DNA of 64,000 nucleotides from an uncultured Candidatus Binatia bacterium (GTDB lineage: Bacteria; Desulfobacterota; Binatia; UBA9968; JAJDTQ01): assembly GCA_964291295.2 (NCBI GenBank), contig OZ219754.1:3456001-3520000 (forward strand), read 5' to 3'. Position numbers and translations under genes: made by a program. Below are positions 30,153-41,063 of the stretch, piece by piece; positions within the stretch are counted from its first letter, which is position 1; every line of letters starts with the position of its first letter. The notes beneath the pieces were generated by a model. It made no database searches. It was not told the origin of the DNA and worked only from the letters and a program-made list of their open reading frames with translations.

Positions 30153-32393
30153 TCATCCCTCCGCCATGAGCGAGCGGACCTTCTCGTACAGTTCACGAAG
30201 CCGCGCCCTGTAGTAATCCACGTTCTCGTCGGGCTTGTCCGGATCCCACCGGGAAACATGCCGGCAGTTTTCGTTCACCATCGGGTGGGCCCCTTCCCCC
30301 GAGACGTAGTAGGAGATCTGGTCTCCGGGCAGATATGTCCGTTCCGAGTTCAGGGCCACCTCATAGGCGCCGCGGGGATGCTGCTTCCCGCCCTTGACCT
30401 TCATCTGGTAGTCGTCCAAGGACTCCCGCAGGGTCTCGGTCCGCTTGAGCAGCAGGAGGTCGAGGCCGTGATCGGCGATGCGCTCGCGACATCGCTCGTA
30501 CAGCGCCCGGATCTCGTCCTTTCGCCCCTGCAGCAGGAGCGCGAGCGCTTCCCGAAGCCACTCGCGCCGATAGCGCTCGAGTCCGCGCGAACTCAGTTCG
30601 GGGCCGGCGGCGGAGACTCGGCCCTGCTCGTCCAGCAGCGCGTGGCTCCCGGGCCCATGACAGAACATCGCCCGGTACCGCGCAAGGGGCAGTTCGACCT
30701 TCCACGGCAGCGCCGCCGCCGCCTGTGCCGCCACCTCCTCCTCCAGCCCGGGCCGGGGAACGACGTAGACGCCCGCGGCATCCACCGTCACGACCCGATG
30801 ACCGCACGCATCAAGCCGCGCGGCCAACCCGCGGACCACCTCGCCACCGGCATGGGTGACCGCGTCGGCGGCACGGACATCGTTGAAGTGGCCTTCGGGA
30901 AAAGCCAGGTAGTCGTGAAACGCCCGCAGCAACAGCCCGAGATTGGATCGGGCGGTGGCAAGAAAACGCCCGGCGTCTGGCGCGGGAGCCGCGCCGCGCA
31001 TCCACCCGCCGTCTTCCCGCAGATCCCGGAGCCGGCGCAGCAATTCCGGGAAGACGCCGATCTCGTCCGCCCTCGGGCGGCAGCCCCGCGCCAGCATCAC
31101 CGCCGGGTACAGCGCCGTGACTTCGCAGCACAGGACGGGCCGTGACAACCCCCGGACCTTCAGCACCGCCGGCTTCCGCGCCGCCGGCTCCCCGGTCTCG
31201 GGGGCGGAAAAGGAATGGCGCCGCGCCAGATATTCCCTGAGCATGAGCCCGTCGATCTTGGCCGGGTCGTCCACCAGCTCCGTATCCTGGTAGCGGTACG
31301 GAAATATCCGCGCCTGAACGTAGTAGCCGGACGAAAGCGCCGCCGATATCTCACGGGTTTCGCGCACGTCGTCCAGAGCGTAGCGGAACAGGGTGTCCGG
31401 GTCGTGGTCAAAGTACCAGCTTGCCTCGGCGCCCGGCATGTAGGTTCTCTGCGGGGACGCCACACCGAAATGGCGCGCCACGTCCTTGAGTCCGTTCCGC
31501 TCGAGATCGGGGTTCGCCTGACTGTAGCGCAGGGCGAGGAACCAGGTATCGATGACGTGCCGCCCGTGAATCCTGTAGTCGGGATACGGGATCACGCGCT
31601 CCCCGACCCGAAACCGGGCCCGGCGGTGCCGCATCGCGCTGCCGTCCCTTCCCACGGCCAAGGTGACGCCGTGACGCCGGGCACGTTCATCCAGGTAGGG
31701 CAGATCGAAGCGAAAGAGGTTGTGACCCTCGATCACGTCCGGGTCGCGGGCGCCGACCTCCCGCACCATCTCCGCCAGCATCGCCCCCTCGTCGTGGTCC
31801 CTGCCGGACAGGAGCCGCTCCCAGCCGGTGCTGTCCGACATGGCGATGGCGGTGATGCGATCGCCTTCCCGAAGCGGATTGGGAAACTCGAACCCCGCCG
31901 TGCGGTACACTTCCAGATCGATCTGCATGCGCACGAGGCGCTGAAAGGCCATGCCAACGAAATGCGTCGTGCCGGACCACAGGAGGAACTGTTGCACGGG
32001 GTCGCGCAGGCAATGGTACGCGGCCCGGCTGCCGCCGCTCCTGCGCTGGAGCCAGGACAAGGCCGATTCCAGGCTCTCGACATCAGGAAACCGGGCCAGC
32101 CGGCGAAACGTGCCCGATCCGGCAAGCGGCTCCATTTGGCAGAGGCCCTTCCATCCCGCAAGCCTGTCCTCGGAGACAAGCCAAAGGAACGGTTCGAACG
32201 GCACGGTCCTGGTGGTCACCGAAGACGACGCCCGGGAGAAGACCCGGATGTGGCGGTTGCCCTCCAACTCCAGGGCCACCACATCCGGCGTCCCGTCGCG
32301 GCCGTACAGTACCGGGTCATGTTGGCGGATCGCGTCGGACATGAGGAGGCGGTCCGGAAGCGATGACATTCGATAGTTGGCATTCGATGCCAT
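30153..32393 (-). CDS. Family B DNA polymerase-like protein with degenerate polymerase site
   Basis: Exonuclease motifs DLE, HNLFRFDLPYL, YALDD; polymerase motifs altered to EVTALYPA and VDAAG. Confidence 0.85.
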   Translation of the reverse strand: MASNANYRMSSLPDRLLMSDAIRQHDPVLYGRDGTPDVVALELEGNRHIRVFSRASSSVTTRTVPFEPFLWLVSEDRLAGWKGLCQMEPLAGSGTFRRLARFPDVESLESALSWLQRRSGGSRAAYHCLRDPVQQFLLWSGTTHFVGMAFQRLVRMQIDLEVYRTAGFEFPNPLREGDRITAIAMSDSTGWERLLSGRDHDEGAMLAEMVREVGARDPDVIEGHNLFRFDLPYLDERARRHGVTLAVGRDGSAMRHRRARFRVGERVIPYPDYRIHGRHVIDTWFLALRYSQANPDLERNGLKDVARHFGVASPQRTYMPGAEASWYFDHDPDTLFRYALDDVRETREISAALSSGYYVQARIFPYRYQDTELVDDPAKIDGLMLREYLARRHSFSAPETGEPAARKPAVLKVRGLSRPVLCCEVTALYPAVMLARGCRPRADEIGVFPELLRRLRDLREDGGWMRGAAPAPDAGRFLATARSNLGLLLRAFHDYLAFPEGHFNDVRAADAVTHAGGEVVRGLAARLDACGHRVVTVDAAGVYVVPRPGLEEEVAAQAAAALPWKVELPLARYRAMFCHGPGSHALLDEQGRVSAAGPELSSRGLERYRREWLREALALLLQGRKDEIRALYERCRERIADHGLDLLLLKRTETLRESLDDYQMKVKGGKQHPRGAYEVALNSERTYLPGDQISYYVSGEGAHPMVNENCRHVSRWDPDKPDENVDYYRARLRELYEKVRSLMAEG

Positions 32394-32498
32394 CCTGCCG
32401 GGCCAGTGGACTGTGTAGCAGATGCGGGCGCCCCCCGCGACGGGGACAGGCCCCCGTCACTCTGGTATTGGGCGGAACAGATGTGCTACACCCACTCC

Positions 32499-33302
32499 AT
32501 GGTCTCCGACGCCATCTCCACCAACTCCCGGATCTCCCACATTCGCCGGCCCCGTTTGCGGCATCCCTTCCTGATCCTGTCCTTTTCGGGCTGGAGTGAC
32601 GCCGGATCCTCGGCCACGTCGGCGGTCCGGTATCTCATCGAGCAGCTCCTGGCCTCGGAGCTGGCCAGGATCGATCCCGAAGAGTATTACGACTTCTCCG
32701 TCCAGCGGCCTCACGTACGCCTGGTGGATGGACAGCGTGAGATCGAGTGGCCCTCGTACGACTTCTTCTACTACAAGACCGGCAAAGACCTGGAACAGGA
32801 TTTCATCTTCGCATCGGGGGCCGAGCCGCATCTACACTGGAAGTCCTTCTCCAGCACGGTATTGCAGCTTGCGCGAGAGTGGAAGGTGGCTCGCATCATC
32901 ACCTTGGGCGCCCTTCTCGACGAGGTGCTTTACACCAAGCCGGTACCGTTGAACGGGTTCTCGTCCGACCCTGCGCTGATGAAAGAGCTCGACTTCACCC
33001 CATCACGGTACCAGGGGCCCACCGGCATCGTCGGGATATTGAACGACACGTTCCGCAAGGAAGGGATGCCGCACGTGAGCCTGTGGGCGGCCCTGCCCCA
33101 CTACCTGGCGCCTTCTCCGAACCCCAGGGGAACCTTGGCCCTGGTCCTTCGTCTGACCCAGTGGCTGGGCATCCGCATCGACACGAGCCCGCTGGAACGC
33201 GCCGCGGGTGAATTCCAGAACAAGGTCAACGACGTCGTCAAGAGCGACCCCAACCTCACGGCTCTCGTCCGGGAGCTTCAGAAACACGAGTTCGAGCAAT
33301 AG
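32499..33302 (+). CDS. PAC2 (proteasome assembly chaperone) family protein
   Basis: FSGWSDAGSSAT, DPEEYYDFSVQRP, GAEPHLHW, YQGPTGI, WAALPHY. Confidence 0.87.
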   Translation: MVSDAISTNSRISHIRRPRLRHPFLILSFSGWSDAGSSATSAVRYLIEQLLASELARIDPEEYYDFSVQRPHVRLVDGQREIEWPSYDFFYYKTGKDLEQDFIFASGAEPHLHWKSFSSTVLQLAREWKVARIITLGALLDEVLYTKPVPLNGFSSDPALMKELDFTPSRYQGPTGIVGILNDTFRKEGMPHVSLWAALPHYLAPSPNPRGTLALVLRLTQWLGIRIDTSPLERAAGEFQNKVNDVVKSDPNLTALVRELQKHEFEQ

Positions 33303-33316
33303 AGGGGAGGATATCC

Positions 33317-33763
33317 ATGCGAAGCGCACCGGGACTGTGGATCGTCATGGCGGGACTGTGGCTGGCCACCAGCCTGAGCGTGGCCTGGGCCGCGCAGTTC
33401 GACAAGGCCATCGAGGAACGCCAGGAACTGATGAAACGCATCGGCGCGGCCAGCAAGGCCATGCGGTCGGCCGCGGATGCGGCCGCGGTGGCCGCCAGTG
33501 CCGACGAGCTGGCGGCAGCCTTAACCAGGATCAACGCCGACACCTTTCCCGAAGGAAGCTCCGACGGATCGCGTTCCAGACCGGAGATCTGGGAACAGTG
33601 GGACGATTTCATGGCCAAGGCCGGGAACGCCGCAACCCTCGCCCGGGCCATCGCCGCCAGGGCCCGTGCGGGCGAGAACACCGCCGAATGGGTCAAGGAC
33701 TTCGGCAGGAGTGCCTGCGGGAGTTGCCACCGGCCGTTCCGGAAACCCAAGGAGAGGAGCTAG
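33317..33763 (+). CDS. Class II cytochrome c (c'/c556)
   Basis: Signal peptide; RQELMK; EIWEQWDDF; C-terminal CGSCH. Confidence 0.9.
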   Translation: MRSAPGLWIVMAGLWLATSLSVAWAAQFDKAIEERQELMKRIGAASKAMRSAADAAAVAASADELAAALTRINADTFPEGSSDGSRSRPEIWEQWDDFMAKAGNAATLARAIAARARAGENTAEWVKDFGRSACGSCHRPFRKPKERS

Positions 33764-33775
33764 CCGCGCGCCCGC

Positions 33776-34051
33776 ATGATTACCCGCCACGTGGGCAAAG
33801 CGGCCCTTCCGGATCTGGAAGCATGGGCCAACCGCATCATCCGCTCCGAGGACGCCACCGTGAGGGCGGTGGAGTCCTATCATGACGCGGACTCCAACAC
33901 GTACGTCCTCCGACTCACCCGGGAAGCCCGGGTGCTGCTCTTCCGGCTTTCCGAAGCGCAGGTGCATACGCCGGAACGCGAGCCCGAGTGCGAGAAGACC
34001 CTCCGGAACAGGGTGAAGGAGGTAAACCGCCTGCTGGGACGGACCGAATGA
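33776..34051 (+). CDS. Hypothetical protein
   Basis: 91-aa ORF fills the gap between cytochrome c' and hemB; protein-like composition. Confidence 0.6.
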   Translation: MITRHVGKAALPDLEAWANRIIRSEDATVRAVESYHDADSNTYVLRLTREARVLLFRLSEAQVHTPEREPECEKTLRNRVKEVNRLLGRTE

Positions 34052-34069
34052 TCCCGGGTCGGTGTCCGT

Positions 34070-35038
34070 CTACAGCCCCGTCGCCATCTCCTTGGCGAAA
34101 TAGGTGAGGATCAGGTCGGCGCCGGCCCGCTTGATGGACAGCAGTACCTCCGGGACCACCGTGCTTTCGTCGATCCAGCCGTTTTGCGCGGCGGCCTTGA
34201 TCATCGCGTATTCGCCGCTTACGTTGTAGGCGGCCGTGGGATGGTGGAAGCGCCGCTTGACGCGCGCGATGACGTCCAGATAAGACAGCGCCGGCTTCAC
34301 CATCACGATGTCGGCGCCCTCGGCGATGTCCGCCTCCACTTCCCGCAGCGCCTCGTCACTGTTGCCCGGATCCATCTGGTACGAGCGGCGGTCCCCGAAC
34401 CGCGGCGTGGATGCCGCGGCCTCGCGAAACGGCCCGTAGAAGCCCGACGCGTATTTCGCGGCGTAGGCCATGATCACGACGTGCTCGAATCCCTCCGCAT
34501 CGAGCGCCTTGCGAATCGCTCCGACCCGGCCGTCCATCATGTCGGAGGGGGCCACCACGTCGGCCCCGGCCCGGGCATGGGACAAGGCCTCCCTGGCCAG
34601 CAGCTTCAGGGTGCCGTCATTGTCCACCTTGCCATCCTCGACGATGCCGCAGTGGCCGTGGTCGGTGTACTCGCACAGGCAGACATCGGTCATCACCAGC
34701 AGGTCCGGGGCCTTGTCCTTGATGGCCCGTATCGCTTCCTGCACCACGCCGTGCGCGGCGCAGGCCTCCGATCCCGTCGCGTCTCTGGTTTCGGGAATGC
34801 CGAAAAGGATCACGCCGGGGATGCCCAGACGCCGCACCGTCTCCGCCTCCCGGGCGGCGCGGTCCGCCGAGAGCCGGGCCACGCCCGGCATGGAGACCAC
34901 CGGTTGCTCCTGATCGCGCCCCGGACACACGAACAGCGGGTAGATGAAATCATGCGGACTCAGCGCGGTCTCGCGCACCAGATCGCGCAACCGCGCCGTT
35001 TGTCGAAGCCGCCTCGGTCGAGTGACGGGAAACGTCAT
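34070..35038 (-). CDS. hemB: Porphobilinogen synthase
   Basis: [36 protein letters not shown]. Confidence 0.96.
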   Translation of the reverse strand: MTFPVTRPRRLRQTARLRDLVRETALSPHDFIYPLFVCPGRDQEQPVVSMPGVARLSADRAAREAETVRRLGIPGVILFGIPETRDATGSEACAAHGVVQEAIRAIKDKAPDLLVMTDVCLCEYTDHGHCGIVEDGKVDNDGTLKLLAREALSHARAGADVVAPSDMMDGRVGAIRKALDAEGFEHVVIMAYAAKYASGFYGPFREAAASTPRFGDRRSYQMDPGNSDEALREVEADIAEGADIVMVKPALSYLDVIARVKRRFHHPTAAYNVSGEYAMIKAAAQNGWIDESTVVPEVLLSIKRAGADLILTYFAKEMATGL

Positions 35039-35040
35039 GG

Positions 35041-35850
35041 TTACCTCCTGGTGACGGTGACCGAAGATTCCGCCATGGCCTGAATCAGCCCCGCCACCGT
35101 GTATTCCCGGGCCACCACGTCCACATCCAGCCCGCGCCGGCGGGCCGCTTCCTCCGTGATGGGTCCGATGCACGCCACCCGGACCCGGCCTGCCCGGGGC
35201 GCAGCCCCCAGCAGGTCCACGAAAGCATGCACGGTGCTCGGACTCGTGAACGTGACCCAGTCCACCTGCTTCAGGAGCGTCACCAGCCGCCGGGCACCCT
35301 GACGCACCGGCTGGTTGCGGTAAGCTTCCACCACCGTTACTGCCGCCCCCCAGCGCCGGAGCGTTTCCGGGAGCACGTCGCGGGCGCCGGCCACCCGTGC
35401 GAGCAGAAATCGGCGTCCCCGGACCCGATCAGGGCCCAACGCCGTGAGGATGCCCTCCGCACGATACATCTCGGGCACGAGGCGGACCGTCAGGCCGTGC
35501 TCTGCCAACTGGCGCGCGGTCTGCGGCCCGATCGCCGCAATGGCGAGCCGCTGGAGGCTGCCCATGCACGCCAACGCCTCGCAACGCTCCAGGAAGTGCC
35601 GGACGCCGTTGGCACTGGTGAAGACCAGCCAATCCTGTCGGGCAAGGCCACGGACAGCCTCATCCAGCGCGTCGGTTTGCTCCAGCGGCCGGATCTCCAC
35701 CGTGGGGAACAGCACGGCCCGGGCTCCCAGGGCGTCCAGGGCGCGTGCGAAGGCGTCCGCCTGCTCGCGCGGCCGGGTGACCAGGACCCGCTGGCCGGCA
35801 AGCGGCGCGCCCGGAGCCTTCACCCGCGCCGACAGCGGCGCATCACTCAC
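35041..35850 (-). CDS. hemD: Uroporphyrinogen-III synthase
   Basis: VLVTRP, FTSANGV, AIGPQTA, FTSPSTV. Confidence 0.92.
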   Translation of the reverse strand: MSDAPLSARVKAPGAPLAGQRVLVTRPREQADAFARALDALGARAVLFPTVEIRPLEQTDALDEAVRGLARQDWLVFTSANGVRHFLERCEALACMGSLQRLAIAAIGPQTARQLAEHGLTVRLVPEMYRAEGILTALGPDRVRGRRFLLARVAGARDVLPETLRRWGAAVTVVEAYRNQPVRQGARRLVTLLKQVDWVTFTSPSTVHAFVDLLGAAPRAGRVRVACIGPITEEAARRRGLDVDVVAREYTVAGLIQAMAESSVTVTRR

Positions 35851-36758
35851 GCCCGGGCCTCCCGCAGCACCGCCCCGGCCCCTTCGTGCAGCAGCCGTTC
35901 GGCGAGCCGGGTTCCCAGGGAGGCGGCCTCCGGACGGGCGCCGGCAACTTCGCCCCGGAAGACCTTGCTGCCGGACGCGTCGGCTATCATCCCCGCGAGC
36001 GTCACCCCGTCGTCGCCTGCCACCGCCCGAGCCCCCACCGGCACCTGACATCCCCCTTCCAGGCGCCGCAGGAAGGCGCGTTCGGCCTCCACCTCCAGCG
36101 CCGACGCTTCATGGTTCAGAAAGCACAGCCGTTCCACCTCGGCGTGCCGGGTCTCAAGAGCCAGGGCTCCCTGGGCGACCGCGCTGAACCAGGCGCCGGG
36201 AGACAACGGCTGGGTCGATTCCTGTTCCCGTCCCAGGCGTTTCATCCCCGCCAAGGCCAGCACCAAGGCCTCCACCTCGCCGCGTTGGAGCTTGGCCAAC
36301 CGTGTACCGACGTTGCCCCGGATGGGCACCACCTCGAGGTCCGGGCGCTGGTGCAACACCTGGGCCCGGCGGCGGAGGCTGCCGGTGCCGACCCGGGCGC
36401 CGGCCGGCAACTCGGCAAGGCTCCCGGCCACACGGCTGATCAACACATCCCGGGGATCCTCGCGTTCCGGCACGGCGGCGATGGCAAGCCCCTCGGGGAG
36501 TTCCGTCGGCAGGTCTTTCATGGAATGCACCGCGACGTCGATGGCACCTGCCAGGAGCGCCTCCTCGATCTCCTTGATGAAGACGCCCTTGGCGCCAATC
36601 TGCTCGATGGGCAGGTGCGGGAGGCGGTCGCCGCTGGTGCGAATGGCCACCACCTCCACCGCGGCCCGCGGATCGTGCTCACGGATGCAACCCCGGACCC
36701 ATTCCGCCTGAGCCAGCGCCAGCGGGCTGCGCCGGGTGCCGATGCGTATCCTGTTCAT
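35847..36758 (-). CDS. hemC: Hydroxymethylbilane synthase
   Basis: GTRRSPLALAQ, AVHSMKD, GSLRRRAQ, GGCQVP. Confidence 0.96.
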   Translation of the reverse strand: MNRIRIGTRRSPLALAQAEWVRGCIREHDPRAAVEVVAIRTSGDRLPHLPIEQIGAKGVFIKEIEEALLAGAIDVAVHSMKDLPTELPEGLAIAAVPEREDPRDVLISRVAGSLAELPAGARVGTGSLRRRAQVLHQRPDLEVVPIRGNVGTRLAKLQRGEVEALVLALAGMKRLGREQESTQPLSPGAWFSAVAQGALALETRHAEVERLCFLNHEASALEVEAERAFLRRLEGGCQVPVGARAVAGDDGVTLAGMIADASGSKVFRGEVAGARPEAASLGTRLAERLLHEGAGAVLREARA

Positions 36759-36768
36759 GCCGTCACCG

Positions 36769-38067
36769 TCACGGATCATCCCGGCCGGGATCCGGCTTCC
36801 TGTCCAGGTCGAACAGCGCCCTGACGGTGTCGTGGTAGGCCGCATCCTCGTCGGGCCGCTCCTTGAGCCGCGTGAGGGGAGCGTGGAGAATCTTGTTGAT
36901 CATGGCCGCGGTCAGATCCTCGATGGCCTTGCGCTCCCGCCCGGAGATATCCTTGAGACTGGAGTCCAGCGACTTCCTGAGTTCCCGCTGGCGGATGGCC
37001 TCGAATTTCCGTTTCAGCGCGATGATGGTGGGCACCTGATCCAGGGAGTCAAACCACTGGTAGAAAGTCTCCACTTCCCGGGCGACGATCCGCTCTCCCT
37101 TGTCCGCCTCGCTTTCCCGCCCGCGCAGGTTCTCCCGCGCCACCTCGCCGAGATCGTCGATGTGATAGAGGTACACGTTGTCCAGGTCGTTGATGCGGGG
37201 ATCGAAGTTTCTGGGCACGCCGAGGTCGATGAGGAACATGTTGCCCTGCTTTCTCTCGCGAAGCACGTTCGCCGCCGTCTCGCGGGTGAGGAGCACCTCC
37301 TCCGATTCCACCGAGCCGATCACCACGTCGGCCAGCTTGAGGTAGCGGACATGGTCCTCGAAACGGATCGGGCTCGCCTCGAAGCGATCCGCCAGTTCCA
37401 CCGCCTTCTCGAACGTGCGATTGGTGATCATCAGGCCGCGCACGCCGTTCTCCACCAGATGCCGCGCCAGCGACTCGCCCATGGCACCGGAGCCGATGAC
37501 CATCACGGTCTTTTCCTCCAGCCTGTCGAAGATGCGCCTGGCCAGATCCACCGCCACCGAGCTCACGGAAACGGGCCGGTTGGCGATGCCGGTTCCCTGC
37601 CTCACGCGCTTCGCCACCGAAAAGGAGCGATGGAACAGGCGGTGCAGGATGCTGCCGACGGTGCCGGCCTGTTGGGCGACGGCGTAGTACTCCTTCAGTT
37701 GCCCGAGGATCTGAGGCTCTCCCACCACCATGGAATCCAGACTCGACGCCACCCGGAAGACATGCCGCACCGCGCTCTTGCGAGCGTGATGATAGAGTTG
37801 TCCTTCGGCGGGGTTGCGGCGGACGCCGGGCTGGTTCCTGAGGAAGCTCCCGATCTCGGGGAAGCCCGTGTCCCGGGCCACCGCCACCACTTCCACCCGG
37901 TTGCACGTGGAGAGAATCACGCCTTCGTCCACCGACGGCAGCGCCACGAGATCGTGGAGCGAACCGTTGAGGCGTCGGGCGGGGAAAGCAATCTGCTCCC
38001 GGACCTCCACGGGCGCGGTCCGGTGGTTCAGGCCGACCACCACGATCTGCCGTCCGGCCTCACTCAA
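36769..38067 (-). CDS. hemA: Glutamyl-tRNA reductase
   Basis: GLNHRTAP, STCNRVE, SLDSMVVGEPQILGQ. Confidence 0.96.
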   Translation of the reverse strand: MSEAGRQIVVVGLNHRTAPVEVREQIAFPARRLNGSLHDLVALPSVDEGVILSTCNRVEVVAVARDTGFPEIGSFLRNQPGVRRNPAEGQLYHHARKSAVRHVFRVASSLDSMVVGEPQILGQLKEYYAVAQQAGTVGSILHRLFHRSFSVAKRVRQGTGIANRPVSVSSVAVDLARRIFDRLEEKTVMVIGSGAMGESLARHLVENGVRGLMITNRTFEKAVELADRFEASPIRFEDHVRYLKLADVVIGSVESEEVLLTRETAANVLRERKQGNMFLIDLGVPRNFDPRINDLDNVYLYHIDDLGEVARENLRGRESEADKGERIVAREVETFYQWFDSLDQVPTIIALKRKFEAIRQRELRKSLDSSLKDISGRERKAIEDLTAAMINKILHAPLTRLKERPDEDAAYHDTVRALFDLDRKPDPGRDDP

Positions 38068-38881
38068 AACGGCCTCCGTGGCGGCTCAGGAACAACGCAT
38101 CCCCCCAGAGGAAGTAACCCAGCACGATCAGAAACCCGGCGATGGTCCACAGCGCCGCCTTCCGGCCGCGCCAGCCCGCGGTGAGGCGGCCGTGGAGCAG
38201 GATGCCGTACAGAAGCCAGGTCAGGCCGGAGGTGATCTGACGCGGATCCCAGGACCAGTAGGTGCCCCATTGGGCGTGTGCCCACACGCTGCCCGTGAGG
38301 ATCCCCAAGGTCATGAACGGGAAGCCCCATAACAGGAAGCGATTGTTGAGGCGGTCCAGCGTCTCGAGGGCCGGCACGGCGCGGCTCAGGCCGGTCATGC
38401 GCTTGTTCTTGAGCTGACGCCGGAGCAGCAGGTAGACCACGCTGACGGCGAACGCCAGGGCGAAGACCGCGTTGCCCAGCAACGCCAGGGTCACGTGCAG
38501 CGGCAGCCAGTAGGTCAGCAGCGCCGGCGGCGTCTCCAGGCCGGAGTCCCCCAGGGCGATGGACCGCAGCGACATCAGGAACGCCAGCGGCGCGACGAAG
38601 CAGCCCAGGATGGGCAGCCGGTACCGGAACTGCACCGCAAGGCACACGCCTGCCATCAGCCAGCCGTAGAAGGAGAGCGTCGCGTGGGTCTGGCCCAGGG
38701 CGGGGAAGCCGGTTTCATGAAAGAGAAACGCGAACTTCGCCGCGTGGCCGATGAAACCGGCGAGCAGCAGACCCTGACCCGCGCGGGAGAAGGACTCCCG
38801 CGGCGAGAACAGGTAAAGAATGAAGGCGCCTGTGGCCAGAAGATAGAATCCGGCCGTGGCCTGAAGAAGGCTCTGGTACAT
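38060..38881 (-). CDS. ccsA: CcsA/ResC-like cytochrome c assembly protein
   Basis: WLPLHV, GILTGSVWA, WGTYWSWDPR (WWD motif). Confidence 0.87.
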   Translation of the reverse strand: MYQSLLQATAGFYLLATGAFILYLFSPRESFSRAGQGLLLAGFIGHAAKFAFLFHETGFPALGQTHATLSFYGWLMAGVCLAVQFRYRLPILGCFVAPLAFLMSLRSIALGDSGLETPPALLTYWLPLHVTLALLGNAVFALAFAVSVVYLLLRRQLKNKRMTGLSRAVPALETLDRLNNRFLLWGFPFMTLGILTGSVWAHAQWGTYWSWDPRQITSGLTWLLYGILLHGRLTAGWRGRKAALWTIAGFLIVLGYFLWGDALFLSRHGGRFE

Positions 38882-39057
38882 ATGCTTGAGGCATTATATC
38901 GCACCGGCCGTGCAAGCCCTAGCCTGGGACATTCGGCTTGAGACACTTGGCTTGAGAAAGCCGGCTTGGGGGAGCGGTCTTGGAAGAAGAGGCCGGGCCG
39001 CTGCGGCAGGAACGCTTCGACAAGCGGGCGGGCGGCTTCACATCCGCCCGCCGTCGG

Positions 39058-40857
39058 TCAGGATCGGGTTACGGGAATTCTGAGACGCTGGCCGGCGCGG
39101 ATTCGGTGTCGGTTGCGGATCGCATTGGCGCGCTGAATGGCCGCCGGCGACACCCGATAGCGGTCGGCGATGGCGGACAGCGTCTCGCCCCGCCGCACGC
39201 GGTGGTAGACGCGCCGTTGCTTCGCCACCGTCGCACGCTTCCCCGACGTCCGGCTCGGAATCTCGAGCCGCTGCCCCACCTGCAGCAGGCGGGGGCTCCT
39301 CAGGCCATTGAGCGACTGGATCAAGTCCGCCGACGTGCCATAGACCTTCGCCAGCCCGGACAGCGTCTCGCCCCGCCGTACGCGATGGTAGACGCGCCGT
39401 TGCTTCGCCACCGTCGCACGCTTCCCCGACGTCCGGCTCGGAATCTCGAGCCGCTGCCCCACCTGCAGCAGGCGGGGGCTCCTCAGGCCATTGAGCGACT
39501 GGATCAAGTCCGCCGACGTGCCATAGACCTTCGCCAGCCCGGACAGCGTCTCGCCCCACCGTACGCGGTGGTAGACGCGCCGTTGCTTCGCCACCGTCGC
39601 ACGCTTCCCCGACGTCCGGCTCGGAATCTCAAGCCGCTGCCCCACCTGCAGCAGGCGGGGGCTCCTCAGGCCATTGAGCGACTGGATCAAGTCCGCCGAC
39701 GTGCCATAGACCTTCGCCAGCTCGGACAGCGTCTCGCCCCGGCTGACCACGTGATAGGGAAACGACTGACTCGGCCCCATGCCCGCCAGTGCGTTGCGGA
39801 GCCCCTCGCTCTGCAACCTGGGGGCCTTCAGCCGATAGCCCGCGGGTACCCATGAGGCGCGGCGACTCAGGGCCGGGTTCCATTTGAGGAACTCCGCCCG
39901 GGATACCCCGCTGCGGCGAAGCAGCGAGGAAACCGCCACCCGCCTGGGGAGGCTGATCTCCTCGATATGCAGCGGCCGGTCGAACCGAACATGGGGCAGA
40001 AGCCGCTCCACGTCGCGCATGATGTGCACGGCCGCGAGAAACTCCGCGTAGAAGTTCTTGGACGCGAACTTGAACGTGCGCCCGCGGTAACGGCGGATGA
40101 TGGTGACGATGTCCCGCGTACCCAGCTGGCGCACCGCCCTGCGCATGCCCGCACGCCCGTGATTGTAGGCCGTCACCGCCAGCGGCCAGGTCCCGAGCGC
40201 CCGGTAGTTGTCCTGCAGCAGACGCGCCGCCGCCCGGGTCGCCTCCAGCGGGTCCTTGCGTTCGTCCAGCAACCGGGTCACCCGCATGTACAGACGTCCG
40301 GTGCCCGGCATGAACTGCCACATGCCCACGGCGCCACGGAACGAGCGCGCGTCGTTCCTGAACGAAGACTCAACCAGCGGCAGACGGGTCAACTCCAACG
40401 GAAGTCCGCGCGCGGCGAAGATCTCCCGCATGTGGACCCTGTAGCGCCCGGAACGCCGCACCCCGGCCGCGAAACGGTCGCTGATCCCCCGCTGCACCTT
40501 GATGCGGTGCGACGGGATACCGCGTCCAACGAGTTGCGCATGTACGGAGCGGATCAACCGCCGCACGCGAGCACCCTCCCGGACCTTCACCACCCGATGT
40601 ATCTTCGACATGTTCTGCGGATCGAAGAAGACGAGCTTTGTGGAGTCATGGTCGAGAAAGATCGCCTTCCAGAACTCGACGGCGGGCTCAAGCCCTCTGG
40701 GGATGGCGAACGGGTCGGCCTCAGTCGAAACGGAACCGCGGGCGAGCGCAACCGGCGTGTACGCAAGACCGCTGAAAAGCAGAAAAAGGAGACCCGCCAG
40801 GGAGACGATGCGGCGAGGCATGAACCGGGGTACGAACCGGGGCATAGGACGCGGCAT
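39058..40857 (-). CDS. MltD-like lytic transglycosylase with four LysM domains (start uncertain)
   Basis: LPLVESSF, GAVGMWQFM, AYNHG; four V..GETLS LysM units. Confidence 0.9.
   Translation of the reverse strand: MPRPMPRFVPRFMPRRIVSLAGLLFLLFSGLAYTPVALARGSVSTEADPFAIPRGLEPAVEFWKAIFLDHDSTKLVFFDPQNMSKIHRVVKVREGARVRRLIRSVHAQLVGRGIPSHRIKVQRGISDRFAAGVRRSGRYRVHMREIFAARGLPLELTRLPLVESSFRNDARSFRGAVGMWQFMPGTGRLYMRVTRLLDERKDPLEATRAAARLLQDNYRALGTWPLAVTAYNHGRAGMRRAVRQLGTRDIVTIIRRYRGRTFKFASKNFYAEFLAAVHIMRDVERLLPHVRFDRPLHIEEISLPRRVAVSSLLRRSGVSRAEFLKWNPALSRRASWVPAGYRLKAPRLQSEGLRNALAGMGPSQSFPYHVVSRGETLSELAKVYGTSADLIQSLNGLRSPRLLQVGQRLEIPSRTSGKRATVAKQRRVYHRVRWGETLSGLAKVYGTSADLIQSLNGLRSPRLLQVGQRLEIPSRTSGKRATVAKQRRVYHRVRRGETLSGLAKVYGTSADLIQSLNGLRSPRLLQVGQRLEIPSRTSGKRATVAKQRRVYHRVRRGETLSAIADRYRVSPAAIQRANAIRNRHRIRAGQRLRIPVTRS
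39175..39740. repeat. Three near-identical 183-bp LysM-encoding tandem repeats
   Basis: CGTCTCGCCCC recurs at 39181, 39364, 39547, 39730. Confidence 0.92.
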
Positions 40858-41063
40858 GCAGAAATCCTTTAAAAGCATCGCCTTGAGGTACACGTTGTAA
40901 ACCTCTTTGTCAACTTCGTCGTGTGCGCCGGGCGAAAAAGGCTCTGCGGGGCTCTGCGGAAGATCTCTTGCATGAGGCCTGGCTTCGGGTTTCGCCGGAA
41001 CCGGACCTGAACGCGGAGCGGGGAGTTGTGCGGACAACGTCCGCCCCGCTCCACCGATTCGAG

